A stretch of 64,000 nucleotides of DNA from IMG/VR virus record IMGVR_UViG_3300028197_001952, positions 1-64,000 of that record. One strand, given 5' to 3'. The translations under genes were made by a program, and so were the position numbers. Positions 36,376 to 48,100 of the stretch are shown one piece after another (positions within the stretch are counted from its first letter, which is position 1; each line of letters starts with the position of its first letter). Origin of the DNA: a virus. The notes beneath the pieces were generated by a model. The model searched no databases and was not told where the DNA came from. It saw nothing but the letters and a program-made list of their open reading frames with translations.

Positions 36376-39300
36376 TTAACCACAATATAGAAAACCATAT
36401 ACTCCTTCTGATTTTCCTTCTGAATCAAATGTTACATCTTCCATTGCTTTTGCAACAGTATAAGAACATTGTGATTGTCTTTCTTCGTACTGAGGATTAT
36501 TATCTCCATCAAATGAAGTAATTACAAATTCTGATGGTTGTTTCATTAAATATCCTTCAGTATCAGAAGAACATAATAAATCACCTCTTGAAACATTCCC
36601 ACCTTGGTTACATACTTTAAATCCTTCTAAATCTTTAGAGTAACTATCCCCAATCGATGCAACTTTCCAAATTGTTTTTGTATCTCTCTCATTTTCTGGT
36701 AAAGTATTACCAAATGAATCCTTATATTCATCGATAGAACCACTTTCAGTTGTTTTCCATAAAATACCAAGAACATCAGTATCTTTTAAACTTGTTGTTT
36801 TTATTATTTGATTATTAGAATCGAATTTAACTAAATCACCTACTGATATACTTACACTATTTAATTTTAAATACTGGTGACCTCCTGTAAATTGTTGTAT
36901 TAAACCAATGTCAGTTGCGTTGGATGCAACTGCTGTTCTAGTTGTAGCAATCGAGTCTGAACCAAATCTAGTTGATTCTTTAAATTTCGCGCCATTTCCA
37001 TCAATTTCAAAAATAGTACTAAATGCACTACTACGTGTACCATCATAAAATTTAATACTAGATTTTATCCTCAAACCATCAGTTGCATCAGGGGAGAATA
37101 CATCACTAAAAGGTGAACCACCAACTTTAGCAGTAGTACCAAATGATGCAACACCTGAAGAACTTATATTAAAATCTGGTGCTGATATGAATCCACCATT
37201 ATTAATTGTCATACCAGTAGTTGTATTAGCTCCATCACTCCCACCATCTAGATTGGAGGTCGATAATGCACTTGCACTAAGTGTCCATCCACCAATTGTT
37301 CCTCCGGTTGATGTTATATTACCAGTAGAAGCAACTTTGAATACAGGCGTTTGTCCACCGAACTCTATTGTACCATTAGATAAATCAATTCTACCAAGTG
37401 CAACACCTTTATCATCAACATTAGCACTACTAATAGTTCCTGTTGTTATTGCACTACCATTGATTGCAGTTGTATTAAAAGAACCACTTGCTCCATCACT
37501 CAGAGTAGAACCGCTGAACGTTACTAATCCGCTAAATCCTATTGCTTGAGTAGCTGAACCAAATGAAACACTTGCTACTCCACTTCCAGCTGAAGTTTCA
37601 GTTGCGGTATAATCAGCGTACCAATATACATTAGAATTACCCGCTTCATATAATGGTGTTGCTGTACTCCAATTACTTGTAAGTCCTGTAAAGGTATTTG
37701 GAAATGTCATTGATGTTGCACTTACAATACCTGGACTAGTAGCCGAAGAAAGGGTGTAATTAACTCTACCTGTTGCGGTTCTTAATCCATTATCACCAGG
37801 ATCACCATCATCACCAGGATCTCCATCATCTCCTTTTGCTCCATCTTCTGCAAAGTTAGCAAATAACGCAGGTGTTGAGAAATTTCCAAACGTTCCATTT
37901 ACAGAAGTTCTTTGACTAACCCATACATATTTTTGAGTAGCTGAAGTTGTACCCGGAGTAGCAGCCCAACTATCTGTTCCGATTGCAGTTGGTGTATTTG
38001 GAGCTGATGCTGAATTATTAAGTAAGTATGCAAATTGAATACCACCACCTTCTTCACCAGCTTTTGATTTACTTAATGTTTGTGTTTTAGTGAAACTGAA
38101 ACTAGTTCCATTTAAAGTCTTACCACTAATAGTATATGTGATGGTTACAGAATCAGTTCCATCTACCATTGCTGAATGATTTGCAACAAGTGCATTATTT
38201 GATGAATCTGTTATACCACCAATTGTAATTGTTGTAGATGGAGATTGTGCCGCTGAAACTGTAAAATGACCAGCAGTTGTACCACTTGCATCATAATCCA
38301 ATGCAGTAGCTCCTTCGAATACACTTATTGTAGTTCCACTACCACCATAATCAGAAACAACACCTGCATCAGAAGCAGGTAATACATGAGCTTCGTTGGA
38401 TACTATTGCTGCTACATTTCCACTTCCTACATCTAATTGTTTTAAAGTAAAACTATCTGCAACACTACCATCAACCGAAGCTGCGGTATAAGTTACAACC
38501 ATTCCATCTACAAAGTTTGCACTTGTAACAGTTGCAGAACCACCACTTGAACTAACTGTTTCATCTGTTAGTGTTCCAGCTGTTTCGGTGAACGCACCAT
38601 TTGCCGTTAAGTTTTGTCCATTTGCGGTTAATACAATTGATGATGGAGTTAGTGTACCATCTTGTGCTTTTGTAAATATATTAGATGTTCCACTAAGTAC
38701 TACTGTTTTAGCATTATCTCCAGCAACTCCTTCTACTCCTTCTTTTGCTTTACTTATTGCTTGTGTTTTAGTGAAACTGAAACTAGTTCCATTTAAAGTC
38801 TTACCACTAATAGTATATGTTAATACAACATTAGCTACAGAATTTGACATTGCTGAGTGGTCACCTACAACAGCGAAATCTGTATCTTGTGTTATAGTTC
38901 CAATTGTTAATGTTGAACTTGGAGATTGTGTAACAGAAACATCCCAATGACCGGCAGTTGTTCCTGCTTCATCATAATCTAAAGCAGTTGCTCCCTCGAA
39001 TACACTTATTGTAGTCCCACTACCTGCGTAGGAAGAAACAACACCTGCTGCATTTGCTGGAAGTACATGAGCTTCATTCGCTAATATTGCGGTTACATTT
39101 CCACTACCTTCATCTAATTGGTTTAATGTTACAGTATCTGCAATTGAGCTATCATCAGAATGTGCAGTATATGTTACAGTCATTCCATCTACGAAGTTTG
39201 CACTTGTTACAGTTGCAGAACCACCAGAAGTGTTTTCTGTTTTATTTGTAAGTGTTACTGAAGGTGAAGTGGTAAATGAACCTTTTTTAGTTAAGTTTTG

Positions 39301-42300
39301 ACCATTTGCAGTTATTACGATTGATGTTGGACTTAAAACACCAGCTCTATTTTTTCTAAATATTGGTGATGCTGAAGTTAAGGTTATTGTTTTGGCATTT
39401 GTACCAACTACTCCTTCCCTTGCTTTTGAAAAACTTTGAGTTGTTGTACGTGTGAACGCTTCCCCTCCAAGTCTTTTTCCTGATATTGTATAAGTTAAAA
39501 CAACAGAATCAACACTCATTGCTGATGGAGCTGATATTGTTGCAAGTGTTGTTCCGTTACCGCTAATCGTTCCTTCTGTTAGTCCCCCAACATCTTCTAT
39601 AGTAATACTAAACTCTCCGTTTGTAGGTGTTCCTGTTGTAAACGTGAGAATATTACCTCCTTCATACACTTCTATTAGAGTTCCCCCTCCAGTAAAAGAA
39701 CTTATGGCTCCAGTTGCAGTTGCAGGATATGTGTGAGATGAATTAGAATTAGTTATTTGTATTGCATCTTGTCCTGCTCTACCCTTGGTAATACTTTGTT
39801 GAAATGAACCACTAAATAATTCTCCATTTAGTTTTTTACCTGCATATGGATATGAAATATTAACTGCATCAGTATCAAGTGCCATTGCCGTATGGTCTGC
39901 AACTACTGCGTGTTGTCCACCATCAGTTATAGTACCAACTGTTACCTTACCAGTAGGAGTAACTACGGTTGTTAATAAATCCCACTCACCATCTCCGGTT
40001 CCTGATGGTACATATGAAAGTAATTGTGCTCCTTCAAATATACTTAAATCTGCTCCACTATTAGAAAAATCTGTAACTGAACCGGATGCATCTGCTGGAA
40101 ACATATGTGATTGGTTTGTATTTAAAACAGTCAAACCATCTGTTCCTGTATCTACCCTAACGATTGATACATCATCTTGAAATGTAGTACCATTTTCAGA
40201 ACCACTTACACTAATTACGGTTTGAACCGTATCTGACATTTCTGAAGATGCTATGGTTCGTGTTGCACCACTTCCACCTAATGTAATACCATTTGTTGCA
40301 TGAAACGATAATGATCCTGAAATATTATCTTTAGCTGCAGTAATGGTTATACTAGATGGAGTAATATTACCATCTTTTCCTTTTATAAAAACTTGTCCTG
40401 ATGATTGTAGTGAAACCGTTTTTGCACTAACCCCATCTTCTCCATCAGAAATAATATACCAAGTTTCGTTAATTGTATTTTTTTGTTGAGTTCCTGGGTC
40501 TGTAAATACTGCAGTTACATTTATATCTTTGGATGCATAAGCATTTCCAAATGGTATATTTGTTGAATCACCATCTGCCGCTGTCATTACTATATGACCA
40601 TTTCCACTTTGTCCAGCAGCAGGACTTGCAATTGTTAAGTTATCTAAAGGGTCATTAAAACTAGGTGTAATTGTTGTGGATAATCTATACTCACTACCAG
40701 TTGTATCAAAAAATATTGCGGTTGCGGTTAAGGATGCTGGATCATATGATGAACTTCCTACCAATCTTCTTGTAACTTTACCATTAGATGCTACAAACGA
40801 ACCTCCACCAAGACCATCGGTAACATCTACCAATGCTATAGTATCAAGCAATGTTCCATCATCTTTTCGTAAATGATATGTTGCTTGTCCATTTATTGCA
40901 CTACTATTAAGAACTGGATTATAAGTTACTCCATTTCCACCATCACTTGTTCCTAATAATGAAGTAGTAAGAAGAGTACTTCCACTATAAATTTGAGCAT
41001 CTCCTTGAGAAGAACCACTCACATCAAATGAACCAGTTCCATCAATACCTTGTACTTGTAATTCTAAAGTAGCCGTAGGTATATGTGATCCCAACGAAGG
41101 TTTATTACTTCTTCCTGCATTTTTTATTTGTGTACCTCTTAATGGTCTAATAAAAAATGTTGGTTTTACATCTTCTCCAGGTTTTACAAATATAATACTT
41201 TCAGTATCCGATGCTATTTCTGTTGTATTATCAAGTGCCTCAGAAACACCAACCCTAAATGAAAGTGGTGTACTTATAAAATTAGCTGGTGGTGTAAATG
41301 TTGTAGTTTTACTATTAGCAGTAGTTCCATCAGAAAATGATGTTTCATCGGTAAAATGTGATCCTCCACCTGTAAATTTAAAATGTGCATTTCTAAAATT
41401 AGTAGAACTTGCAGATATAGTTACAGAAGATGGTGATGGGTTTGTTCCATTTGCATCATACATAATAGAATTATCACTAAATGATAAACCTACTTTTTTT
41501 GATGGTGAACCCTCTGAAGCAACCCCAACTAAAAAATTAATTGTTTTTCCTGTAAACTCAGTTCCTTCTGAATTTGTTAGAGATAATGTGATAACTCCAC
41601 TTACTGCAGTTCCAGATGTTGGTGTATTTGGAGTAATTGTTCCATTATTATTATTTGTTCCATTTGTTACACCAGTAATTTTAAATTTATTAGCAGTGAC
41701 TGTTCCTGTTGTGTGTGTGAAATCTGTAGAACCTTGGTTTACACTAACACTTACATTCGATGGTGTAGTAAATGTAAGAAAATCGTACTCAGAACTTACA
41801 TTTTGAGTTTGTGGATTTGCTATTATTGTTGTAATAGGTTTTGCTTCTCTAATACGAGATATACTTGCAACAATATTTTTAGTACCAGATGTTCCCTCAC
41901 CATCTGTAAAGTTTACTGGAATAGTAATGGTTTCTGTATCAGATAACATATCATCCGCAGTATCACTAAATGTAATAGTATTTGATGATACCGTTCCACT
42001 CAATCCTCCACTAAAAGTAGGAGTTGAAATTGAAGTAAATCTATTAGTTCCACCCTCTGTTGCTTTTACTTCAATAGTTTTAGGTGATTCAGAACCACTT
42101 CCTACTGAATTTGCATTTATTCCTTGTGATTGTAAGTTTACACTTACCTCTACATTTGGAACTGCTTTTTTAGATTTTGTATAAGATACAATTTTTTGAA
42201 ATGATTGGGATGTTGCATTATCACCTGCAAGATATTCTATGTTTAAACTTAATGAACCACTATCGTGTTGATTTGGAAATGCAGATATACCATACTCTGA

Positions 42301-44853
42301 TGTTGTTGGTGATGTCGATATTGCAGTTACATTTGTTTCTGTTATCGAAGTAATATCAAATGTGTTTTTATTTCTTCCTCCACTAATATCATCGTGTGTT
42401 ATTTGAGTACCACCGATAAACATTTGTACATTTCCTTTACTTGAACCGAAACCACCAGGTACATCTCCTGTTGATTTTGCTGGAAATGAAGTTGATTCAT
42501 TTGAAAGAACAAGTGAAACTGCATCAAAGTTTATAACAGGTGATATTGTTATCTCATCTGAAAATGGTAAATCAAATTGATCAGAACCAGTAAATGAATA
42601 TGTTGTTTCTGGAAATGATGAACCAGCGAATGATGAAGAATATGCTAAAGCTGATATTGTGTATGTATCAATACCTGTTCCATTATCAGTTACAGGTCCA
42701 ACTAATGGTGGAGCTCCACTTCCTGAGTTTACTTCAATTGGAGTTGATAATGAAAATAAGTTTTTACGTTGAGCTCTTATAGTTGCACTCTGTCCACCTG
42801 GTTTTGGTGAAAGAGTTGTTGGTTCATATATAAATTGATTTACATTTGATGTTACAATAAGTTGTGGTGCATTATCACCATCTTCTAATCTATATACGGT
42901 TTCAAATTCCGTCTGTTCTTCTAACGATGCAGTATAAACAATAGAACCTACTGTAATAGAATCATCACTACCACTAAAATCTGCAATTTTTATGATTGCA
43001 CCAGCTGGTGTTACATTTGTAAGAGTTCCAGGATAAGTACCGGTATATGATGATGGAATTATGTATGCACCATTTTCATCAAAGGCAGCTGATGCGTAAG
43101 TTACAGAACCTGTTAAGTTATTTCCACGAGTTTTAAATTGTATTTGTTGAAATGGTGGATTACCTATCGAACCACTTGTAAACCTAAATGCATTTCTATC
43201 AGATTCAAAAGTAAGTAGTTTATCACTTCCTGGGAAATCGTTACCACCTGTAAATGCTTTTGTTGTAGTTACATCAACAGGTATATAATTGTTATTTATA
43301 TCATAAAACTCAAATTTGAAATCAAATGTTTCTATTGCGAGTTTTCTTGGAATATCTTGTATTAGAGTAAATTCATCTGGTGAGAATGAAGTATCTTGTG
43401 CGTTCTTAAGAGATACATTAGAAATGTACCAATCACCACCATTTATATCAAATTTTAAAAAAGTATCTGCTGTAGTATCAGTTGCTAGTATATTTTGAGA
43501 TACGGTTTGTCTTGTATTGTATATATCAGAACCTTCTATTGTTAAAAAATTCTGTTCATAATTAGAACCACTAAAATATGCACGTATTGATGGAGTTCCC
43601 ACCGAACCACTTTTTAAAGTTCTGAAATTAAGAGTATATTCAACTCCACTTGATATTTCAAAACTACCACTTGTAGATAATGTTTGAATACCACCTTCAG
43701 ATTCATCATAATCTATTTTAACAGATGCATTTAATATATCCGAATTAATTGTAACAGGATGGTCATCAGATGAGGTTACCCAATAGTTACTTAAATTGGT
43801 TTCATCAAATCTACCATATGATAATTCAGTATCAGATGTTGTTGTTATATCTTTTAATAGTTCTGATGATTCTAGTTTGGATTCTTGTACAAATTGAAAA
43901 TCTCCAATTGTGTTTCTTGATTTTCTAAATACTTTTACTCTGGCAACATCACCAACAAATGTTTTTAGGTTATTGAAGTTTATTTTTGCAAAAGAACCTG
44001 TTAATGCAGAATCTGTTATTGTTTGTCCTTCTACGAATTCAAAGGTTGTTGTGTATGGATTTGGAAAGAAATCACTAACCGAACCATCACTTGAAGTAAA
44101 TGGAGTATCAACCATCACTTCCTTATTACTTAATACTTCAATTACATTTGAAGAGTAATTTAAAGAAGGAACTGAAATTGTATTATCATCTACCGAAGAT
44201 GTCCAATTAGTAATTCCATCCTCTATTTTTAATTTATAATTTACACCAGCTCTCCAATTAGATAAATCAGTTCCACTTGGTGGATTTTGTGATATACCTG
44301 ATAAACTACCTGTTTGTGTAATTTGGGGGATATTTTTTGTAAATATGGGTTTTACTAGTTCATCTACTTTTACTGTTGGTCTTCTGTAAAATCTAACAAT
44401 AGTTTCATTAGAAACGTTTTTATTTATCTGTATAGATTTTTCCCACTTTACATTATAAACACCTGCCCACTCATTTGGTATATTAACTATTTCACCAATA
44501 TCACTTAGATAGGTTTTTAATTCACCAAGAATGGTAATTTTACCAATACCAATAGATACATCATCATAAACATGTATTGCTATTAATTTAGAATTCCCTT
44601 CATAATATTCAGGAACTCCATCACCAGGCTCAAAATATATTGGATTACCATCCACATCAAGAATTTCTATCTTGATTTCAGTAGATTCCTTTAAGTGCTC
44701 AGAACCTTCAATTAAGAATCCATTCTTACCACCTGTTAAGGTTTCATTTAATTCTGTAATTCTAAAGTACTCTGAATTTGGTGACTCATCATCCTCAAAT
44801 ACTTGAAAATTTGATAAGTTCAGAAAAGGAGCGTATGATTTAATTATTGCCAT
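36376..44853 (-). CDS. Giant tail fibre or receptor-binding structural protein (~2,825 aa) with internal repeats and a C-terminal chaperone-like domain
   Basis: S/T/G-rich beta modules, repeated NE(A/S)H..PA...G motifs, a short collagen-like stretch, and C-terminus GDLLCSS...YTVAKA...YCG. Start placed at MAIIKS, 18 nt downstream of the ATATTTATA motif. Confidence 0.75.
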   Translation of the reverse strand: MAIIKSYAPFLNLSNFQVFEDDESPNSEYFRITELNETLTGGKNGFLIEGSEHLKESTEIKIEILDVDGNPIYFEPGDGVPEYYEGNSKLIAIHVYDDVSIGIGKITILGELKTYLSDIGEIVNIPNEWAGVYNVKWEKSIQINKNVSNETIVRFYRRPTVKVDELVKPIFTKNIPQITQTGSLSGISQNPPSGTDLSNWRAGVNYKLKIEDGITNWTSSVDDNTISVPSLNYSSNVIEVLSNKEVMVDTPFTSSDGSVSDFFPNPYTTTFEFVEGQTITDSALTGSFAKINFNNLKTFVGDVARVKVFRKSRNTIGDFQFVQESKLESSELLKDITTTSDTELSYGRFDETNLSNYWVTSSDDHPVTINSDILNASVKIDYDESEGGIQTLSTSGSFEISSGVEYTLNFRTLKSGSVGTPSIRAYFSGSNYEQNFLTIEGSDIYNTRQTVSQNILATDTTADTFLKFDINGGDWYISNVSLKNAQDTSFSPDEFTLIQDIPRKLAIETFDFKFEFYDINNNYIPVDVTTTKAFTGGNDFPGSDKLLTFESDRNAFRFTSGSIGNPPFQQIQFKTRGNNLTGSVTYASAAFDENGAYIIPSSYTGTYPGTLTNVTPAGAIIKIADFSGSDDSITVGSIVYTASLEEQTEFETVYRLEDGDNAPQLIVTSNVNQFIYEPTTLSPKPGGQSATIRAQRKNLFSLSTPIEVNSGSGAPPLVGPVTDNGTGIDTYTISALAYSSSFAGSSFPETTYSFTGSDQFDLPFSDEITISPVINFDAVSLVLSNESTSFPAKSTGDVPGGFGSSKGNVQMFIGGTQITHDDISGGRNKNTFDITSITETNVTAISTSPTTSEYGISAFPNQHDSGSLSLNIEYLAGDNATSQSFQKIVSYTKSKKAVPNVEVSVNLQSQGINANSVGSGSESPKTIEVKATEGGTNRFTSISTPTFSGGLSGTVSSNTITFSDTADDMLSDTETITIPVNFTDGEGTSGTKNIVASISRIREAKPITTIIANPQTQNVSSEYDFLTFTTPSNVSVSVNQGSTDFTHTTGTVTANKFKITGVTNGTNNNNGTITPNTPTSGTAVSGVITLSLTNSEGTEFTGKTINFLVGVASEGSPSKKVGLSFSDNSIMYDANGTNPSPSSVTISASSTNFRNAHFKFTGGGSHFTDETSFSDGTTANSKTTTFTPPANFISTPLSFRVGVSEALDNTTEIASDTESIIFVKPGEDVKPTFFIRPLRGTQIKNAGRSNKPSLGSHIPTATLELQVQGIDGTGSFDVSGSSQGDAQIYSGSTLLTTSLLGTSDGGNGVTYNPVLNSSAINGQATYHLRKDDGTLLDTIALVDVTDGLGGGSFVASNGKVTRRLVGSSSYDPASLTATAIFFDTTGSEYRLSTTITPSFNDPLDNLTIASPAAGQSGNGHIVMTAADGDSTNIPFGNAYASKDINVTAVFTDPGTQQKNTINETWYIISDGEDGVSAKTVSLQSSGQVFIKGKDGNITPSSITITAAKDNISGSLSFHATNGITLGGSGATRTIASSEMSDTVQTVISVSGSENGTTFQDDVSIVRVDTGTDGLTVLNTNQSHMFPADASGSVTDFSNSGADLSIFEGAQLLSYVPSGTGDGEWDLLTTVVTPTGKVTVGTITDGGQHAVVADHTAMALDTDAVNISYPYAGKKLNGELFSGSFQQSITKGRAGQDAIQITNSNSSHTYPATATGAISSFTGGGTLIEVYEGGNILTFTTGTPTNGEFSITIEDVGGLTEGTISGNGTTLATISAPSAMSVDSVVLTYTISGKRLGGEAFTRTTTQSFSKAREGVVGTNAKTITLTSASPIFRKNRAGVLSPTSIVITANGQNLTKKGSFTTSPSVTLTNKTENTSGGSATVTSANFVDGMTVTYTAHSDDSSIADTVTLNQLDEGSGNVTAILANEAHVLPANAAGVVSSYAGSGTTISVFEGATALDYDEAGTTAGHWDVSVTQSPSSTLTIGTITQDTDFAVVGDHSAMSNSVANVVLTYTISGKTLNGTSFSFTKTQAISKAKEGVEGVAGDNAKTVVLSGTSNIFTKAQDGTLTPSSIVLTANGQNLTANGAFTETAGTLTDETVSSSGGSATVTSANFVDGMVVTYTAASVDGSVADSFTLKQLDVGSGNVAAIVSNEAHVLPASDAGVVSDYGGSGTTISVFEGATALDYDASGTTAGHFTVSAAQSPSTTITIGGITDSSNNALVANHSAMVDGTDSVTITYTISGKTLNGTSFSFTKTQTLSKSKAGEEGGGIQFAYLLNNSASAPNTPTAIGTDSWAATPGTTSATQKYVWVSQRTSVNGTFGNFSTPALFANFAEDGAKGDDGDPGDDGDPGDNGLRTATGRVNYTLSSATSPGIVSATSMTFPNTFTGLTSNWSTATPLYEAGNSNVYWYADYTATETSAGSGVASVSFGSATQAIGFSGLVTFSGSTLSDGASGSFNTTAINGSAITTGTISSANVDDKGVALGRIDLSNGTIEFGGQTPVFKVASTGNITSTGGTIGGWTLSASALSTSNLDGGSDGANTTTGMTINNGGFISAPDFNISSSGVASFGTTAKVGGSPFSDVFSPDATDGLRIKSSIKFYDGTRSSAFSTIFEIDGNGAKFKESTRFGSDSIATTRTAVASNATDIGLIQQFTGGHQYLKLNSVSISVGDLVKFDSNNQIIKTTSLKDTDVLGILWKTTESGSIDEYKDSFGNTLPENERDTKTIWKVASIGDSYSKDLEGFKVCNQGGNVSRGDLLCSSDTEGYLMKQPSEFVITSFDGDNNPQYEERQSQCSYTVAKAMEDVTFDSEGKSEGVYGFLYCG
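37787..37843 (-). repeat. Collagen-like Gly-X-Y stretch with an 18-bp tandem repeat
   Basis: Encodes GAKGDDGDPGDDGDPGDNG. Confidence 0.8.
38060..39421 (-). repeat. Tandem intragenic duplication, unit 681 bp (227 aa)
   Basis: Identical 60-mer at 38080-38139 and 38761-38820; near-identical segments at ~38500-38545 and 39181-39226; both pairs offset by 681 bp. Confidence 0.85.
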
Positions 44854-44871
44854 AGAAATATATCTTTCCAA

Positions 44872-44880
44872 TATAAATAT
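44872..44880 (-). promoter_or_regulatory. ATATTTATA motif (putative phage late promoter)
   Basis: 18 nt upstream of the giant fibre gene start at 44853. Confidence 0.6.
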
Positions 44881-44904
44881 TTAGAAAAAATATTTACTCA
44901 TATA

Positions 44905-44926
44905 TATCTATAGAAATCTATAGATA
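44905..44926. promoter_or_regulatory. Palindromic operator-like site: two TCTATAGA palindromes 10 bp apart
   Basis: TATCTATAGA-AA-TCTATAGATA directly abuts the ATG of the RHH gene. Confidence 0.6.
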
Positions 44927-45088
44927 ATGGGAAAATATACTACAATACAAATAAAGAAAGAGCTGTACTCTGAACTGAAAACTTATTGTTCTGAGAATGG
45001 TTATACTAAAAGTGGGCTAATTGAACAATTAATAAGACAAAAAATTGGCCAACCTAAGTTGACCAATATATTAAGAGTATCTAATTAA
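44927..45088 (+). CDS. Ribbon-helix-helix (CopG/Arc/MetJ-like) DNA-binding protein, 53 aa
   Basis: Manual translation MGKYTTIQIKKELYSELKTYCSENGYTKSGLIEQLIRQKIGQPKLTNILRVSN shows a beta strand (TTIQI), helix, G turn and helix; fills the intergenic gap. Confidence 0.75.
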   Translation: MGKYTTIQIKKELYSELKTYCSENGYTKSGLIEQLIRQKIGQPKLTNILRVSN

Positions 45089-45100
45089 TTACGTATATAT

Positions 45101-48100
45101 CTAATATTTTACGTTAGAGAATCCTTTTTCTTTTTTGATTGTCATCAAGTCATCTACTACATCTCTCATAGAATCTATGTGTGAGATAATCATTACGAAA
45201 TCAAATTGAGTTTTAAGGTATGTGAACAACATAAATAAAGATTGTAAGTTCTCACTATCTAAAGTACCAAATCCTTCATCTATAACGAGGAAATTAGGTC
45301 TAGGAAGGTTACATACATTTATAAGTGCAACTCGAATTGCCAATCCACTAATGAATCTTTCCATTCCACTACACATTTCTAAACTCCATCTCTGATCTGA
45401 GTATACCAAATAGGCATTAATATTCTTACCATCAATTTCTAATTGCATTCCGAAATCAACTATTTGACCTAGTATATTGTTTACTTCACCTTCAATCATT
45501 GGAAGTGCTTTTTCAATAAGTTCATACGAAACTCCATCTCTACCAAGAGCATTTAAATAATAATCAAATAATTTAGATTGAGATTCTAATTCTTTAACCT
45601 CAGTTACTCTATCTTCAATTGTTTCTTTTTGGTTTTGTAATGCTGATATTTTACCATTTAATGAAAGAATTTCTGAATTAGAGTTTTTAATCTGTTGTTT
45701 GATTTTTTCCCAATCATGTCTAACATCTACAATCTCATCTCTGTATTCTCTATTCTTGTTAATTTGAGTTTCGTTCTTATAATATTCTTCAATAAGTTGC
45801 TCTTGTTGAGTCAATTGAGTAGAATTACGTAATTCTTCGGTTTCAATTGTTGATAACTTGTTAATAAGTCCTGATATTTCTCTATCAATTTTATCTTCTT
45901 TAGATTTTGCTTCTTGAAAATTAGCCCATTCTTTTTCATATGGAACTAAAGAATCAATTGATAATGTTACTTCAAGGTGTTGTTGGTTAAATTCATGTAA
46001 CTGAGATTCACCCTCTTTTATGTTAGAATCCACCTTTGCCTTCTGTTCTCTAATTGTTTGAGAGTTATCCATACAAACATCACATTCTTCATCATATTTG
46101 TGTGAATCTAAATGCTCTTTCCTTTCATACAAAGAATCTAATTTAATCTTAGTTTTTTCAACATCTGATTTTAAAGTCCTTTGTTTAACTCTAGATTCCT
46201 TTAATTTAGTAATTCCTTCTTCCAAATCATCCTCATCAAATTTATCTAAAATTTCATCAAGAGTAATTTGCAACTCTTCTCTATGTGTGATTCTATCTTG
46301 AATAGAGTTTTTGGATACTTTTAAATCGTTCTGTTTACTTGAAAGTAGTTTTTTTCTTTTTTCTAATTCTTCAATAGAAACACCACTATCTGCATTTAAC
46401 TTGACAATTTTTTCATTTAATTTAATTATTTCTTTGTTAAGTTTTTCCTCTTCTACTTTTGCAGAATCTTGTTGAATATCTAAGAGTTTATATTCTGATT
46501 TCTTTTCTTTTAATTCAATTGCAATATCTGCTAATTTCTGAGTGAAATCATCTTGCTTGAATTTTCTAATTAATGAAGCATTATCTCTATTTTCATCACC
46601 TGCTTGTTGATATAGTTTATCAAAAATATCTACACCAATAAATTGTGATAGAACTTCTTTTCGTTCACTTTGAGATTTATCAATAAATAATGCATTGTTT
46701 CCTTGTAAAGAAAGTGTAGTTAAAACAAAATCTTCAAACTTACCTAAATACCTTTCTATCTCTTTATTTGTATCTTTTCGTTGCTCTCCGTTTAGTGATT
46801 GAATAACCCCACCATCTTCTTTCCAAAAGTTTACATCCACTTTAACAGATGTACCTCTTCTAACATATTTTGCAACTCTTTCAATATAATAATCAACACC
46901 ATCTATCTCAAAGTTAAACTTACAATAAAACTTATCCTTTCGGTTGTTTAAGATGTTCTTAGAAACGTTTGTACGTGAAGTCTTATCATATATACAAAAT
47001 GATAATGCATCGAACAGAGAGGATTTACCAGAGGCATTAGGAGCGAAAATACCAACGATACCTTGGGCTCTATCAAATCTAATTAAATTATCTTCTCCAT
47101 ATGAAAACATATTAGAAAACTGAAAATCCTTTGGTGTCCATAGAATATTCTCCGCTATCTTAGAATCATCTATTAAACCGTTCATTTGTTTGTTTATATC
47201 TGTTATCTGATTTAATTCATCATCACCTAACAAATATCTTCTTTCTAAATAATCTCGTATTAATTGGTTCTGAAATGTTTCTTCTTTAACATTACCAACT
47301 ATGTTTTTATTTAGTTTACTATTCTGTTTAAGTTGACCCATTGTATCAGTTCGTGTAACTGTTACTTCTGCAACTTTAAATATTTTCTTTAATTCTGTAA
47401 TACGAAGTTTCATTTCTGCTCCTCCTGTATTTGTAAATCTCAATCTTAATCTTGGATTCTTTGGAAGTTTAGTACCAACCTCATCATACACCCATTGTGG
47501 TATTTTTCCATCAACTACATCAACGGTAAGGAATCCATAATCATTGTGTATATGGTGTTCGGTAAATGTTCTTGTGGGAATATCCCAAAGTAGATAACCA
47601 TGATTCTCCAACATCTCCCCATGATTCTGCTGAACCATAGAACCTGCATATGCGATGTGTTCATATCCCTTACCAAAAGTTTGTCTTTTGTGAATATCAC
47701 CCAACATAGCCATATCGAATCCATCAAACATATCTACTTGGAATGAGTTAGAAGAAACTACATATCCTATATCAGTTTGTGCTTTATTTACTGGTCCATG
47801 AAAAAGACAGATTGTATTTTCTTCTTTAATATCCTTACCCTTTGGCCAATTCTCCTTATCATCCAATATGGAATAGACAACAAAATTAAGATTGTAAATA
47901 GGATATACACCAGTATCACGAAGATAGTGGATACGAGGGTTGTTAAGATTTTGGACAATTGGTGTGAGTACATCAAGTCTGTGTGAATTATTTAAGTTAC
48001 AATCGTGGTTACCTGTAATTAATACAGTTTCTCTTAACTTCGCACACTCGGTGAGAAACCAAGATATTTCGTGTATAAGTTCAGGTGACATCTCAGTTTT

